Shown in pieces: positions 49,602-59,409 of a DNA stretch of 64,000 nucleotides. The notes beneath the pieces were generated by a model. The model was not told the DNA's origin, did not search any database, and saw nothing but the letters and a program-made list of their open reading frames with translations. How positions within the stretch are numbered: position 1 is the stretch's first letter; each line of letters begins with the position of its first letter. Origin of the DNA: Thermodesulfobacteriota bacterium. Its GTDB lineage: Bacteria; Desulfobacterota; Binatia; Bin18. Position numbers and translations under genes: made by a program. Location of the stretch: the NCBI GenBank assembly GCA_964291405.2, contig OZ219926.1, positions 3,936,001 to 4,000,000 on the forward strand. The letters are read 5' to 3'.

Positions 49602-50834
49602 ATGAAGGCATTCTCACGACGCCAATTTCTTACACACCTTGGGCACAGCGGAGCGTGGCTTACGTTTCTGACGGCCTGCGGAGCGGGGGCGGATGCCGCG
49701 CTCAAGGGACTCGTGGGCCGTGGACTGTTGCCTGTGGCCTGGGCCGACGACGCCTTGCTGGAGACAAAACCCGGTATGACGGTCCTTACGAGCCAACCCA
49801 TTAATGGTGAGTTTGTGCCCCATTTGCTCGACGATCATATTACTCCTTCGGCTCGGCATTTCGTCCGGAATAATGGATCGGTTCCGGCCCGAGCGAAGAG
49901 CGGAGACCTTCAGGGATGGGATCTCGTCGTTGAGGGAGAAGTGGCCACGCCGCTTACACTGAGTCTGGACGAATTACAGCAGTTGCCCTCGGTCACGCAG
50001 CAGGTTGTGATTGAGTGTGGTGGTAATGGTCGAGCGCTGTTCGAGCCCAAGGTCCGCGGGAACCAATGGACGCGCGGGGCGGTGGCGTGCAGTCAATGGA
50101 CCGGAGTCCGGCTACGGGATGTCCTGAAAAAGGCGGGCCTCAAATCAAGTGCGATGTATACGGCCCATTACGGCGAGGACCAGCCCGTGGGAGCGGCGCA
50201 ACCGTTCTCACGGGGCATTCCCATAGAGAAGGCCATGGACGAGCATACGCTGATTGCCTATCAGATGAACGGGGATGCGCTGCCGGCGCTCAACGGCTAT
50301 CCCGTTCGGCTCGTTGTGCCGGGCTGGATTGGGAGTTGCTCCCAAAAATGGCTGAATCGCATTGTGGTGCGAGACCAGGTACACGACTCACAAAAGATGA
50401 CGGGCTACTCCTACCGTGTGCCGGCCTATCCGGTTGAGCCCGGCTCCAGGCCTCCGAAAGAAGATATGGTCATTGCCACGGCTTGGGGTATTAAATCTCT
50501 GATAACCACGCCTCAAGCCAACGCCCAATTCCCAGTCGGGCAGTCGGTCACCGTGCGGGGCCACGCCTGGGCTGGCGAGGAGACGGTCAAGGAAGTCTTG
50601 GTGTCAGTAGACTTTGGCATCCACTGGAAAAAAGCCATGCTCACCCAACCCGCTAATGCTTATGCCTGGGCCCACTGGGGATGCGAGGTCGTATTGCCCA
50701 GGAAAGGGTATTACGAAATCTGGGTACGCGCCTTTGATGATAAAGGGAACGCCCAGCCCTTTCGTCAGCCCTGGAATCCAAAGGGGTATCTTGGGAACGT
50801 CATCCACCGGCTGCCGGTTCTAATCACGGCCTGA
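49602..50834 (+). CDS. Sulfite oxidase-family molybdopterin oxidoreductase (SorA-like), Tat-exported
   Basis: SRRQFL Tat motif; FVRNN, IECGGNGR (Mo-ligand Cys), NGYPVRLVVPGW, KWL, WNPKGY. Confidence 0.92.
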   Translation: MKAFSRRQFLTHLGHSGAWLTFLTACGAGADAALKGLVGRGLLPVAWADDALLETKPGMTVLTSQPINGEFVPHLLDDHITPSARHFVRNNGSVPARAKSGDLQGWDLVVEGEVATPLTLSLDELQQLPSVTQQVVIECGGNGRALFEPKVRGNQWTRGAVACSQWTGVRLRDVLKKAGLKSSAMYTAHYGEDQPVGAAQPFSRGIPIEKAMDEHTLIAYQMNGDALPALNGYPVRLVVPGWIGSCSQKWLNRIVVRDQVHDSQKMTGYSYRVPAYPVEPGSRPPKEDMVIATAWGIKSLITTPQANAQFPVGQSVTVRGHAWAGEETVKEVLVSVDFGIHWKKAMLTQPANAYAWAHWGCEVVLPRKGYYEIWVRAFDDKGNAQPFRQPWNPKGYLGNVIHRLPVLITA

Positions 50835-50836
50835 GC

Positions 50837-51178
50837 ATGCAACCCAGGAGTGCGGCGAGCCTTGTGATAATCGGTAGCGCGCTTGCTCTGGTGTGTGGAT
50901 TAGCCCCTGGAGAGGGAAACAATCAACCTGCGGGAGCACTGCCGGTAGTCCAGAAGCCGGTGATCGATGAAGCAAATCCTGGCCCGGAGGTGCTGACCCG
51001 GGAATACTGCTCGGCCTGCCACAGCTTTCAGCTCATTCAAGCACAGCGACTCAATCGCGCGACCTGGGAGTGGGTCATGGAGGATATGGTTGAGCAGTTT
51101 GGCGCCGGCTGGATTACACCGTCAGAGCAAGCGGTTATTATTGACTATCTGGTCGAACACTACGGATCGGAGAAATGA
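50837..51178 (+). CDS. Small monoheme cytochrome c (SorB-like)
   Basis: Signal peptide, CSACH, distal Met, IIDYL--HYG. Confidence 0.85.
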   Translation: MQPRSAASLVIIGSALALVCGLAPGEGNNQPAGALPVVQKPVIDEANPGPEVLTREYCSACHSFQLIQAQRLNRATWEWVMEDMVEQFGAGWITPSEQAVIIDYLVEHYGSEK

Positions 51179-51208
51179 GACAAACTCAGAAGGACAGGAG
51201 GTCACAGT

Positions 51209-51967
51209 ATGGGGCAGTTGGATGGAAAAGTCGCACTCATCACGGGCGCGGGCTCGGGGATTGGGCGGGCGTCGGCTTTGGTATTTGCGCGTGAAGGGGC
51301 GACGGTTGTAGTTGCGGATGTCGATACGGCTGGCGGAGCGGAAACCGTCCGCTTAGTCGAGTCCGCAGGTGGGAGAGCGCTTTTTGTGAAAACCGATGTC
51401 TCCCAGGCGTCCGAAGTTGAAGCCCTCGTACAGGCAAGCGTTGCTGCGTATGGCCGGCTCGACTACGCCCACAATAACGCCGGCATTGAGGGTATGGTAC
51501 TGACACCGACCGCAGACTGGACGGAAGAGGCGTGGAACCGGATTATCAATATTAATCTCAAAGGGGTGTGGTTGGGCATGAAATACCAGATCCCGCGGAT
51601 GCTCAAACAGGGTGGGGGGGCTATCGTCAACACGGCCTCAATCGCTGGATTGGTCGGCAGTCGGTCGGCTGGCTATGGCGCCAGTAAACACGGCATTGTC
51701 GGACTCACAAAAACCGCGGCCTTGGAATATGCAAAGTCTGGTATTCGAGTCAATGCCGTCTGTCCAGGGGTGATTCGGACGCCTATGGTCCAGCGCAGTT
51801 TAGACCGCATGCCCGAGCTTGAGGAACGGTTTGTTGCCGTGGAACCCATTGGGCGTATCGGCCGGCCCGAGGAAGTGGCGGAAGCTGCGGTCTGGCTGTG
51901 CTCGGCCGCGGCCTCGTTTGTCACCGGACATGCCATGACCGTAGACGGGGGCTATGTGGCGCAGTAG
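51209..51967 (+). CDS. SDR oxidoreductase (paralog of 39416 and 54232)
   Basis: TGAGSGIG, NNAGI, YGASKHG. Confidence 0.93.
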   Translation: MGQLDGKVALITGAGSGIGRASALVFAREGATVVVADVDTAGGAETVRLVESAGGRALFVKTDVSQASEVEALVQASVAAYGRLDYAHNNAGIEGMVLTPTADWTEEAWNRIININLKGVWLGMKYQIPRMLKQGGGAIVNTASIAGLVGSRSAGYGASKHGIVGLTKTAALEYAKSGIRVNAVCPGVIRTPMVQRSLDRMPELEERFVAVEPIGRIGRPEEVAEAAVWLCSAAASFVTGHAMTVDGGYVAQ

Positions 51968-51979
51968 TTCGCTCTGTCT

Positions 51980-52864
51980 CTACCGAAAGTGCTGGATGAG
52001 TTCCGCTCCCTTTTCCAAGATGGGCCACTGGACCTCAGGGGTGGCCGGCTCAATCAAAAAAACAATCCGGGTAAAACCGAGCGCAATCAGTTCGTGCAAC
52101 CGCTGCAAGGCATTCGGGGCCGCTTGTGCATATGCCGTCAAGACCCAGGTGATCACTGTCAAGTCGAAGGCATCCATTGCGCGCCCAACTCGGTCTGCCT
52201 CTATTTTGATGGCATTCAGCCCCTGGGTGAGTTCCTCCAGCCCTTCGACCAGACCATCAACCGGAAACCAGCCATCACAGTACTCGACGATGCGCCTGGG
52301 TGACCACGTGGAACTGGCTCCCAGAAGCACGGGCGGCCCTCCCGCTTGCACAGGTTTCGGCCAGCACCACATCGGATCAAAGTTGACGAACTGGCCGTGG
52401 AACTCGGCCACTTCCTTGGTCCATATCTCTCGCATGGCAAGAATGTTCTCTCTGGTGATCTTCCACCGGTTTTTGAATGCGACTCCGTGGTCGGCCATCT
52501 CCTCTGCGTTCCAGCCGGCGCCGATGCCAAACACGAAGCGCCCGTTGGCGACGCGGTCCAGACAGGCGACTGCTTTTGCCAAAGTAATCGGATGGTGTTC
52601 TGGGACGAGACAGACTGAGGTGCCAACCTTGAGCTTCTGGGTCACCGCGGCCGCGGCCGTCAGGCCAATAAAGGGGTCAAAAAACTCACTATAGTAATCT
52701 GGCAGGTCTCCACCGCCAGGGAACGGACTGAGGCGACTCGTCGGAATATGGGTATGTTCTCCAAAGAAGAGAGATTCAAAACCGTGCGCTTCCAGCCAGC
52801 GAGCAAAATCCACCGGTTGGATCGTGTAATGGGTGGGAATGGTCACAATGCCAAAATCTGTCAT
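51980..52864 (-). CDS. LLM-class oxidoreductase, probable F420-dependent
   Basis: GEHTHIP-SR-SPFP, DPF, GAGWNAEEM-DHG, WPKPVQ; AAGGAGG RBS. Confidence 0.9.
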   Translation of the reverse strand: MTDFGIVTIPTHYTIQPVDFARWLEAHGFESLFFGEHTHIPTSRLSPFPGGGDLPDYYSEFFDPFIGLTAAAAVTQKLKVGTSVCLVPEHHPITLAKAVACLDRVANGRFVFGIGAGWNAEEMADHGVAFKNRWKITRENILAMREIWTKEVAEFHGQFVNFDPMWCWPKPVQAGGPPVLLGASSTWSPRRIVEYCDGWFPVDGLVEGLEELTQGLNAIKIEADRVGRAMDAFDLTVITWVLTAYAQAAPNALQRLHELIALGFTRIVFLIEPATPEVQWPILEKGAELIQHFR

Positions 52865-53060
52865 AGCTGTCCCTCCTTGGTGTGGATCGGTGTGGACGTG
52901 GCGAGCCACTCCCTGGCGATACGAGTGAGAGCGTGTTGTCTACCGTAATCTTGTCTCTCCTCAGCCTGGCTCAAACGATGTAGCAAGTATTGTGTACATG
53001 ACTATATATTATCGCCTGGCAGACTTTGTTGGAACATAGCGCGGGAAGAAAGGAACGAGT

Positions 53061-54185
53061 ATGCGACTTGGAATGTCGATGGTGTTGCAAAACCACACGC
53101 AGTACGATGACCGGGAGATGTACAAACAGGAGACGCGGCTGGCTCTCAAGGCCGAGGAATTCGGCTTTGATATTATATGGCCGGTTGAGCACCATTTCTT
53201 TGACTACGCGATGTGTCCCGACAATATGCAATATCTGAGCTATCTCGCCGCGCAAACAGAACGCATCCAACTCGCCACTGGGGTGATTATCTTACCTTGG
53301 AACGATCCTGTGCGGGTAGTGGAAAAAATGGTCTTGTTGGATCACCTGTCTGACGGTCGCGCCGTCCTGGGGCTTGGGCGCGGGCTTGCCCAGCGCGAAT
53401 ACCGTGGTTTTGGGGTTGATATGTCCGAAGCGCGTGATCGTTTTAATCAGGCCGCTGAGATTGTGCTCAGGGGATTGGAAGACGGGGTCGTTGAGGCCGA
53501 CACGCCCTATTATAAACAAGAGCGGGTTGAGGTGCGCCCGCGCCCGCTTCAGAGCTTCAAAGATCGCCGCTATATGGTCTGTATGTCGCCAGAATCATTC
53601 GAGGTGGCCGCCCGATTAGGTCTCGGCGCGATGATGTTCTCCCAGGCTGCCTGGGATCAAGTCGCAGACTCTATCTGGCAGTACCGAGAGATGTATCGCG
53701 CGTATCACCATGGCGCAGACGCTCCGCCTGTGACCTGCGGCGATTTCGTGGCGTGCTATGAAGAGAGCCGCCAGGCCGAAGAGGTCGCCCGGAAACATAT
53801 CGTCGGCTACTACTGGGCGGTGATGGAACATTATGAGATGCTGGGAGAACATTTTGCGAAAGCTGGGAAATCATACCGACACTATGCGCGGATCGCAGAG
53901 ATGATGCAGCAGCTTGACCCGGATGTTGCTATTGAGGGCTTTCTGAATGCGAATTTATGGGGCAATCCTGACACGCTGCTGAAAAAGCTTGAGCGCCGCC
54001 GTGAGCTTATTGGCGACTTTGAGGTAATCGGCTGTTTTAGCTATCAAAGCCAGCCGTACCAACAGGTGGAACGCTGTATGCAATTATTTGCCAGAGAGGT
54101 CGGTCCAGAACTCAAAAGCTGGACACCGCAGCCGCGCTCAGCGCCGGTTGATACTGAGGTGGTAATAACGAATATCGCGGAGTGA
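53061..54185 (+). CDS. LLM-class flavin-dependent oxidoreductase
   Basis: VEHHF, ILPWNDPVRV, GLGRG, RPRP. Confidence 0.92.
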   Translation: MRLGMSMVLQNHTQYDDREMYKQETRLALKAEEFGFDIIWPVEHHFFDYAMCPDNMQYLSYLAAQTERIQLATGVIILPWNDPVRVVEKMVLLDHLSDGRAVLGLGRGLAQREYRGFGVDMSEARDRFNQAAEIVLRGLEDGVVEADTPYYKQERVEVRPRPLQSFKDRRYMVCMSPESFEVAARLGLGAMMFSQAAWDQVADSIWQYREMYRAYHHGADAPPVTCGDFVACYEESRQAEEVARKHIVGYYWAVMEHYEMLGEHFAKAGKSYRHYARIAEMMQQLDPDVAIEGFLNANLWGNPDTLLKKLERRRELIGDFEVIGCFSYQSQPYQQVERCMQLFAREVGPELKSWTPQPRSAPVDTEVVITNIAE

Positions 54186-54231
54186 TACCCGCGGAGATAC
54201 CGAGGAAATTAAGGAGAGAGGAGAGTAGAGC

Positions 54232-54993
54232 ATGGCAGGACAGTTGGATGGAAAAGTCGCACTCATCACGGGCGCGGGTTCGGGGATTGGTCGGGCGTCG
54301 GCTTTGGCGTTTGCGCGTGAAGGAGCCAAAGTCGCGGTTGCCGATATCGTGGTTGAGGGCGGCGAAGAGACAGTACGCATGGTTAAAGAGGCTGGTGGTG
54401 AGGCATTCTTCATCAAGGTCGATGTCTCAGACGCGGCGGATGTCGAGGCTATGGTGAACACTGTGGTGGACACCTACGGCCGCATTGACTGCGCCTATAA
54501 TAACGCGGGGATCGAAGGGCGGCTGGCTTCGACGGATGAATATCCCGAAGACGTGTTTGACAAAGTGATCGACATTAATCTGACCGGCGTGTGGCTGTGC
54601 ATGAAATATGAGTTGCCGCATATGCTCAAGCAGGGCAGCGGGGCGATTGTGAATACGGCCTCGGGGGCCGGTTTGATCGGGGTGGCCGGCATGTCGGCCT
54701 ATGTGGCGAGCAAGCACGGTGTGGTTGGATTGACCAAAACCGCAGCCCTGGAATACGCCAAGTCCGGCATCCGGGTGAACGCCGTCTGTCCTGGGCTGAT
54801 TCAGACGCCGATGGTGGAGCGCATCACCGCTGATCAGCCTCAATTAGGTGAAGCCCTGGTTGCGGCCGAGCCGGTCGGTCGAACGGGCAAACCGGAGGAA
54901 ATCGCCGAATCCGTAGTCTGGTTGAGTTCGGACGCGGCCTCGTTTGTGACCGGCCACGCCATGTCGGTCGATGGTGGCTATGTCGCCCAGTAG
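54232..54993 (+). CDS. SDR oxidoreductase
   Basis: TGAGSGIG, NNAGI, YVASKHG. Confidence 0.93.
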   Translation: MAGQLDGKVALITGAGSGIGRASALAFAREGAKVAVADIVVEGGEETVRMVKEAGGEAFFIKVDVSDAADVEAMVNTVVDTYGRIDCAYNNAGIEGRLASTDEYPEDVFDKVIDINLTGVWLCMKYELPHMLKQGSGAIVNTASGAGLIGVAGMSAYVASKHGVVGLTKTAALEYAKSGIRVNAVCPGLIQTPMVERITADQPQLGEALVAAEPVGRTGKPEEIAESVVWLSSDAASFVTGHAMSVDGGYVAQ

Positions 54994-55068
54994 TAGGGGC
55001 ACGTAACCAGGTGAAACAATCGGTGGTTTGAACAGGGGCCCTGGATATGGCGAAAGGGAGGAATAGTC

Positions 55069-55611
55069 ATGGAAGCACCGCTGTGGTTATTGCTCGGCTG
55101 GGGCGGGGTTGGCGCTATAGATTTTGTCTATAATCACATCTATCGCTACCGCCTCTACGCCCACGCCTCCAGTTTTCGCGAGCATGGTGTCCACACCCTG
55201 CTCGCCCTGGTTCTCACTGCTACGGTGGTGATGCTGGTCTTTATTGAAATGGGGAGCGTCGGCTTTGCCCTCTTTCTCGGCATCCAGGCCCTCGCCGTGA
55301 TCTTTACCCTGTGGGATGTATCAATTGAGCGAGCGTCGCGGGCACCCCTGGGAGGATTGCCGACGCACGAATATGTGTTGCATACGGTTATTTTTCTGTT
55401 GCATGGAGCCTTTGTGTGGGCAGTGATTGCCAACGCCCATCAGTTAGTTCACGGCGTGGGATTCGGGGTATGGCGTTGGCCGCCACTCCCCCTGTTTTTG
55501 CTTGTTGAGGCGGTGATCTTTGCGCTTGTCGGAGCCGGCGTCTGTGTCTTACACCTCTACCTGCTCGGCGTGGGCTACCGAACGCTCAAAACAGGAGCTG
55601 CGACTGGCTGA
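55069..55611 (+). CDS. His-rich hypothetical membrane protein
   Basis: Several TM helices with D-VYNH, REH-VH, WD--IE and HEY-LH motifs. Confidence 0.72.
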   Translation: MEAPLWLLLGWGGVGAIDFVYNHIYRYRLYAHASSFREHGVHTLLALVLTATVVMLVFIEMGSVGFALFLGIQALAVIFTLWDVSIERASRAPLGGLPTHEYVLHTVIFLLHGAFVWAVIANAHQLVHGVGFGVWRWPPLPLFLLVEAVIFALVGAGVCVLHLYLLGVGYRTLKTGAATG

Positions 55612-55634
55612 TGTAAGCGCTCCTTCTCCTGGGA

Positions 55635-56738
55635 CTACGGCACTCTTCCCGGCAGCGGACTGGCCCCGATGACGCTGCGCGGGGTTTTGAACTTCGGAAT
55701 AACGTATTTACCGATAAGTTTGATCGAGCGCATGATCTGTTCATGCGTCCCGTCCAAGCGCATGATCACCTCATCCGCGCCAACTTCCTGGTAGCGTCGA
55801 ATCCGCTCTATGAATACGTCCGGGTCGCCGACGAGAACGGACGTCTCGTTGCGGAGCCAGTCAAGGTCTCGGGAGCGGTCTCGGATTTTTTCCAATTCCA
55901 GCATATAGGCGTAGGATTTCGCCTGACGACCGAGGTCGGGATAAAAGGACTCGATGACTGGCGTGGCAAAGTTGAGAATTGACTCTCGGGTCTCTTCGAC
56001 CGCCTGGGCCGTGGTCTCGGCGCAGGCGCAGTTGAGCGTGACCGCACTCAGACAGTTGGTCACGAACGCTCCCACCGGCTCCGCCTGCTGAATCTGCTCT
56101 TTATACAGCCGGGCGCTTTTCTCAAAATAGTCCCAGCCCATATACATATCCCACGACAGGGCTCCGATCCCCTTGCTGGCCGCAATCTCGTGCGAGTCCG
56201 GGGATTGGGCAACCATATAGACGGGAGGGTGGGGGTCTTGCACAGGCTTGGGCGTGAGCGAGCGGGGCGGAATCTGAAAATACTTGCCCTCGTGCGAAAA
56301 GGGATCATCCTTGAAGGCTTTCAGCACGATTTCGAGCGCTTCTTCCCAGCGGGCGCGCGTTTCATCGAGCGGACAGGCAAAGCCCTCAAGCTGGACCAAG
56401 GTGTTGGCCCGTCCCGTTCCAAATTCCGCCCGCCCGTTTGAGACAATATCCAGCGTTGCCAGGCGCTCGGCCACGCGAATCGGATGGTTGAACGGAAAGG
56501 GCAGGATGACGACCATGTGGCGCAGCCGAATGCGGCTGGTGCGCATGGCAATGGCCGGATAGAAAACCTCGGGAGCCGAGACCGTGGCCAGGCCGACCAG
56601 AAAATGCTGCTCTGAGGTGCCGAAGAAATCAAACCCCATCTCTTCGGCCAGGATGACTTCGTCCATGACCTCCCAATAGCGTCGGTGATGGGTGGTCCCT
56701 TCCGGTGTCTCACATTCCGACAGAAAGCCAAATCGCAT
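55635..56738 (-). CDS. LLM-class flavin-dependent oxidoreductase
   Basis: SEQHF, NHPIRVAERLATLD, GTGR, PKPVQDPHPP. Confidence 0.92.
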   Translation of the reverse strand: MRFGFLSECETPEGTTHHRRYWEVMDEVILAEEMGFDFFGTSEQHFLVGLATVSAPEVFYPAIAMRTSRIRLRHMVVILPFPFNHPIRVAERLATLDIVSNGRAEFGTGRANTLVQLEGFACPLDETRARWEEALEIVLKAFKDDPFSHEGKYFQIPPRSLTPKPVQDPHPPVYMVAQSPDSHEIAASKGIGALSWDMYMGWDYFEKSARLYKEQIQQAEPVGAFVTNCLSAVTLNCACAETTAQAVEETRESILNFATPVIESFYPDLGRQAKSYAYMLELEKIRDRSRDLDWLRNETSVLVGDPDVFIERIRRYQEVGADEVIMRLDGTHEQIMRSIKLIGKYVIPKFKTPRSVIGASPLPGRVP

Positions 56739-56861
56739 GAGCGCGCCCTCCTTTTGGAAGCCATTAGCCCCGGCGGTGGCAGCGTGTCAACCTTGCTGGA
56801 AATCGTTCGAGCGCTGTAATCGCTTGACCTGGCGGATGAGTGGACGGTGGCGTCGGTACGA

Positions 56862-57956
56862 CTAGGCTGGCACAATCAGCGCTTTGATCGTCTCCTGTCG
56901 CTCCACGGCTTCGAGGGCTTGCTGACTCTCTTCGATCGCGAAACGGTGAGTGATCGCCTCGGCCATAGGAAAGTCGGCGTGATGCGCCTGGGCAACCCGG
57001 ACGGCCTCGTAGTAGTGCTGCGGCTGGGTTAAGGCCGAGCCAATGATGCTGAGGTTGCGATTATTGATATATCGCGGGTCAATGGGAATCTCTCCATGTC
57101 CTGACCAGAGGCCGACAATCACATAGCGCCCGTTCGGGGCGGCGAGTTTCACCCCCTCGGCAAAGGCCGAATACGCTCCGGCCGCCTCAATCACCACATC
57201 CGCTCCCCGACCGTCGGTCAGCTCATAGACTTGGGCAATCCGGTCCTTTTCATCAGACAGGGTTTCAAAATTAATCGTGGTCTGGGCACCCAGCCGGCGG
57301 GCCATCGCTAAACGATGGTCTGGCGCACCGATGGTGATGACCGTTTTTGCGCCGGACAGATGGCTGAGCAGGGTGGCGGCTAGGCCAACCGGCCCGCAGC
57401 CCTGGACCACGACGGTTTGATTGGGTGCGAGGCCGCCCAAACGCTCGAATGCCTGGATCATCGTCGGCATGGCACAGCCAAAAGCAATAACCGGCTCGGA
57501 CGGGGTGTCGTCCGGAATTTTATAGAAACACATGCCGGAGGGGAGCCAAGCGTAGTCCGTATACGTATTCCAGGTGGGCTCATCGGCTCCACTGAAGAGC
57601 ACCAGGTTTTCACACAGCGAAAAGTCTTTGGCTATCGTGCAGTAATAGCAGTGATGGCAGGGTCGGATGGGGCCCCAGTAAACACGATCACCGACGCTGA
57701 GTGGAAGACCGGCATGATCCGTGATGACGCCTTTGCCCAACTCTTCAACCAGGCCAACGCCCTCATGACCCAGGACAACGGGCAGGGGCGGAGAGGCATG
57801 CCCGCGCCATAAATGCACATCCGTCCCGCACACGCCGCCCATCTGCATCCGCAACAGCACCCCGCCCGGCTCCGGGGCCGGGAATTCACGTTCCCAGACT
57901 TCGATGGGCTGATCCACCCCAACAATCATGGCTTGCTTCCCGAGGCGTTGTGTCAT
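56862..57956 (-). CDS. Zinc-binding alcohol dehydrogenase (MDR)
   Basis: VCGTDVH, LGHEG, CHHCYYC...C, GCGPVG; AGGAGG RBS before ATG at 57956. Confidence 0.93.
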   Translation of the reverse strand: MTQRLGKQAMIVGVDQPIEVWEREFPAPEPGGVLLRMQMGGVCGTDVHLWRGHASPPLPVVLGHEGVGLVEELGKGVITDHAGLPLSVGDRVYWGPIRPCHHCYYCTIAKDFSLCENLVLFSGADEPTWNTYTDYAWLPSGMCFYKIPDDTPSEPVIAFGCAMPTMIQAFERLGGLAPNQTVVVQGCGPVGLAATLLSHLSGAKTVITIGAPDHRLAMARRLGAQTTINFETLSDEKDRIAQVYELTDGRGADVVIEAAGAYSAFAEGVKLAAPNGRYVIVGLWSGHGEIPIDPRYINNRNLSIIGSALTQPQHYYEAVRVAQAHHADFPMAEAITHRFAIEESQQALEAVERQETIKALIVPA

Positions 57957-58121
57957 TGGTCTGACCCTCCTGTGTGTACGGCTGGTACGCGTTTGGCAAT
58001 GGCGAGACGCTTGCCCAGCCTTTTGGTTTGTCATATCCGCCGGTCGGACCCAAGCGTCAAACTGTTCTGGGGTGAGATGCCCGTGGCATATCACGAGTGG
58101 GATTGGCTGAGAAGTGAGGAC

Positions 58122-58143
58122 GTAGCCCGGATGTAATCCGGCT
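58122..58143. repeat. GTAG-type REP-like palindrome
   Basis: GTAGCCCGGATGTAATCCGGCT. Confidence 0.55.
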
Positions 58144-58379
58144 GGAATATCATCCGAGCGTGGGGTCTGAAAGCGGTTTCCCCTGACGTTAAGGAGCTGC
58201 TGCTCTCTCACGCAGGGTCAGCGTGCCTGTAGGGGCTTCGCCTCTATCGGGCTAGACAGGTTTGGTAAATTTTGGCATCCTGCCCTTCTTTAGACGACAG
58301 GAAAGCGTTTTTGTGGTACGCAACGTGGCTTCGTTTTCCTCCGTAGCCTGTCACCACATGATCATTTGGAGCATAAGGC

Positions 58380-59327
58380 ATGGCACGTAAGAAAATCGCA
58401 CTGATCGGCGCGGGCAACATCGGTGGCACCCTTGCTCATCTGTGCGCCCTCAAAGGACTCGGAGATGTCGTTCTGTACGACGTGATTGACGGACTGCCAC
58501 AGGGCAAGGCCCTGGATCTGCTTGAAGCCGGGCCGATCGAGGGCTACGACGTCAATCTCGTTGGGACCACAAGTTATACCGAGATTCAAGATGCTGACGT
58601 CTGTATTGTCACCGCTGGGCTGGCGCGCAAACCGGGTATGAGCCGAGATGATTTGCTGGGAATCAACTGCAAAATCATGCGAGAAGTCTCGGAGAACATT
58701 GCAAAATATGCTCCCAACAGCCTTCTCATCGTTATTACTAACCCGCTTGATGCAATGGTGACCTTGGCCAAGCGGGTCACTGGGTTTCCCAAGAACCGGG
58801 TCGTTGGCCAAGCCGGGGTGCTCGATTCGTCCCGCTATCGGACCTTCATTGCCCAAGAGCTGAACGTGTCCGTCCAAAATGTCACGGCTATGGTCTTAGG
58901 CGGGCATGGCGACGATATGGTGCCGGTGCGCAGCTACTGCCAGGTAGCCGGTATCCCGATCGAGCGGCTGATCTCGGCTGAGCGGCTCGAGGAGATTGAG
59001 AATCGGGTGCGTCAAGCCGGAGGGGAAATCGTGGCCCTGCTTAAGACCGGCTCAGCATTCTATTCTCCAGCCTCTGCAGCGATTCAGATGACTGAGGCGT
59101 ATCTGTACGATAAGAAGCAGATCCTGCCCTGTGCGGCCTATCTCGAAGGAGAGTATGGGATTGAGGGCGTGTATTTTGGCGTGCCGGTGAGCATCGGCGC
59201 TGGGGGTGTCGAGCGGGTCGTGGACATTGCGTTGAGCGACAAGGAGAAGCAGGAGATGCAGGTGTCGGTCAGTCATGTACAGGAACTGATTGCCGCGATG
59301 GACAATGTGTTGGCGCAAAGCGCATAG
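58380..59327 (+). CDS. mdh: Malate dehydrogenase (LDH-like)
   Basis: [39 protein letters not shown]. Confidence 0.96.
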   Translation: MARKKIALIGAGNIGGTLAHLCALKGLGDVVLYDVIDGLPQGKALDLLEAGPIEGYDVNLVGTTSYTEIQDADVCIVTAGLARKPGMSRDDLLGINCKIMREVSENIAKYAPNSLLIVITNPLDAMVTLAKRVTGFPKNRVVGQAGVLDSSRYRTFIAQELNVSVQNVTAMVLGGHGDDMVPVRSYCQVAGIPIERLISAERLEEIENRVRQAGGEIVALLKTGSAFYSPASAAIQMTEAYLYDKKQILPCAAYLEGEYGIEGVYFGVPVSIGAGGVERVVDIALSDKEKQEMQVSVSHVQELIAAMDNVLAQSA

Positions 59328-59409
59328 TGCCAGTAGAATAGATCATCTGGACGAAGTAGAAGTGCTCTCATCTCCATAAAGCTCAGGACAAGCAAGCATA
59401 AGGGAAAGT

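Noticed and set aside
55609-55640. TGA-TGT at the end of the membrane protein as a U-C motif
   Set aside because: There is no hairpin with a G loop at +18, and read-through would run into the convergent gene
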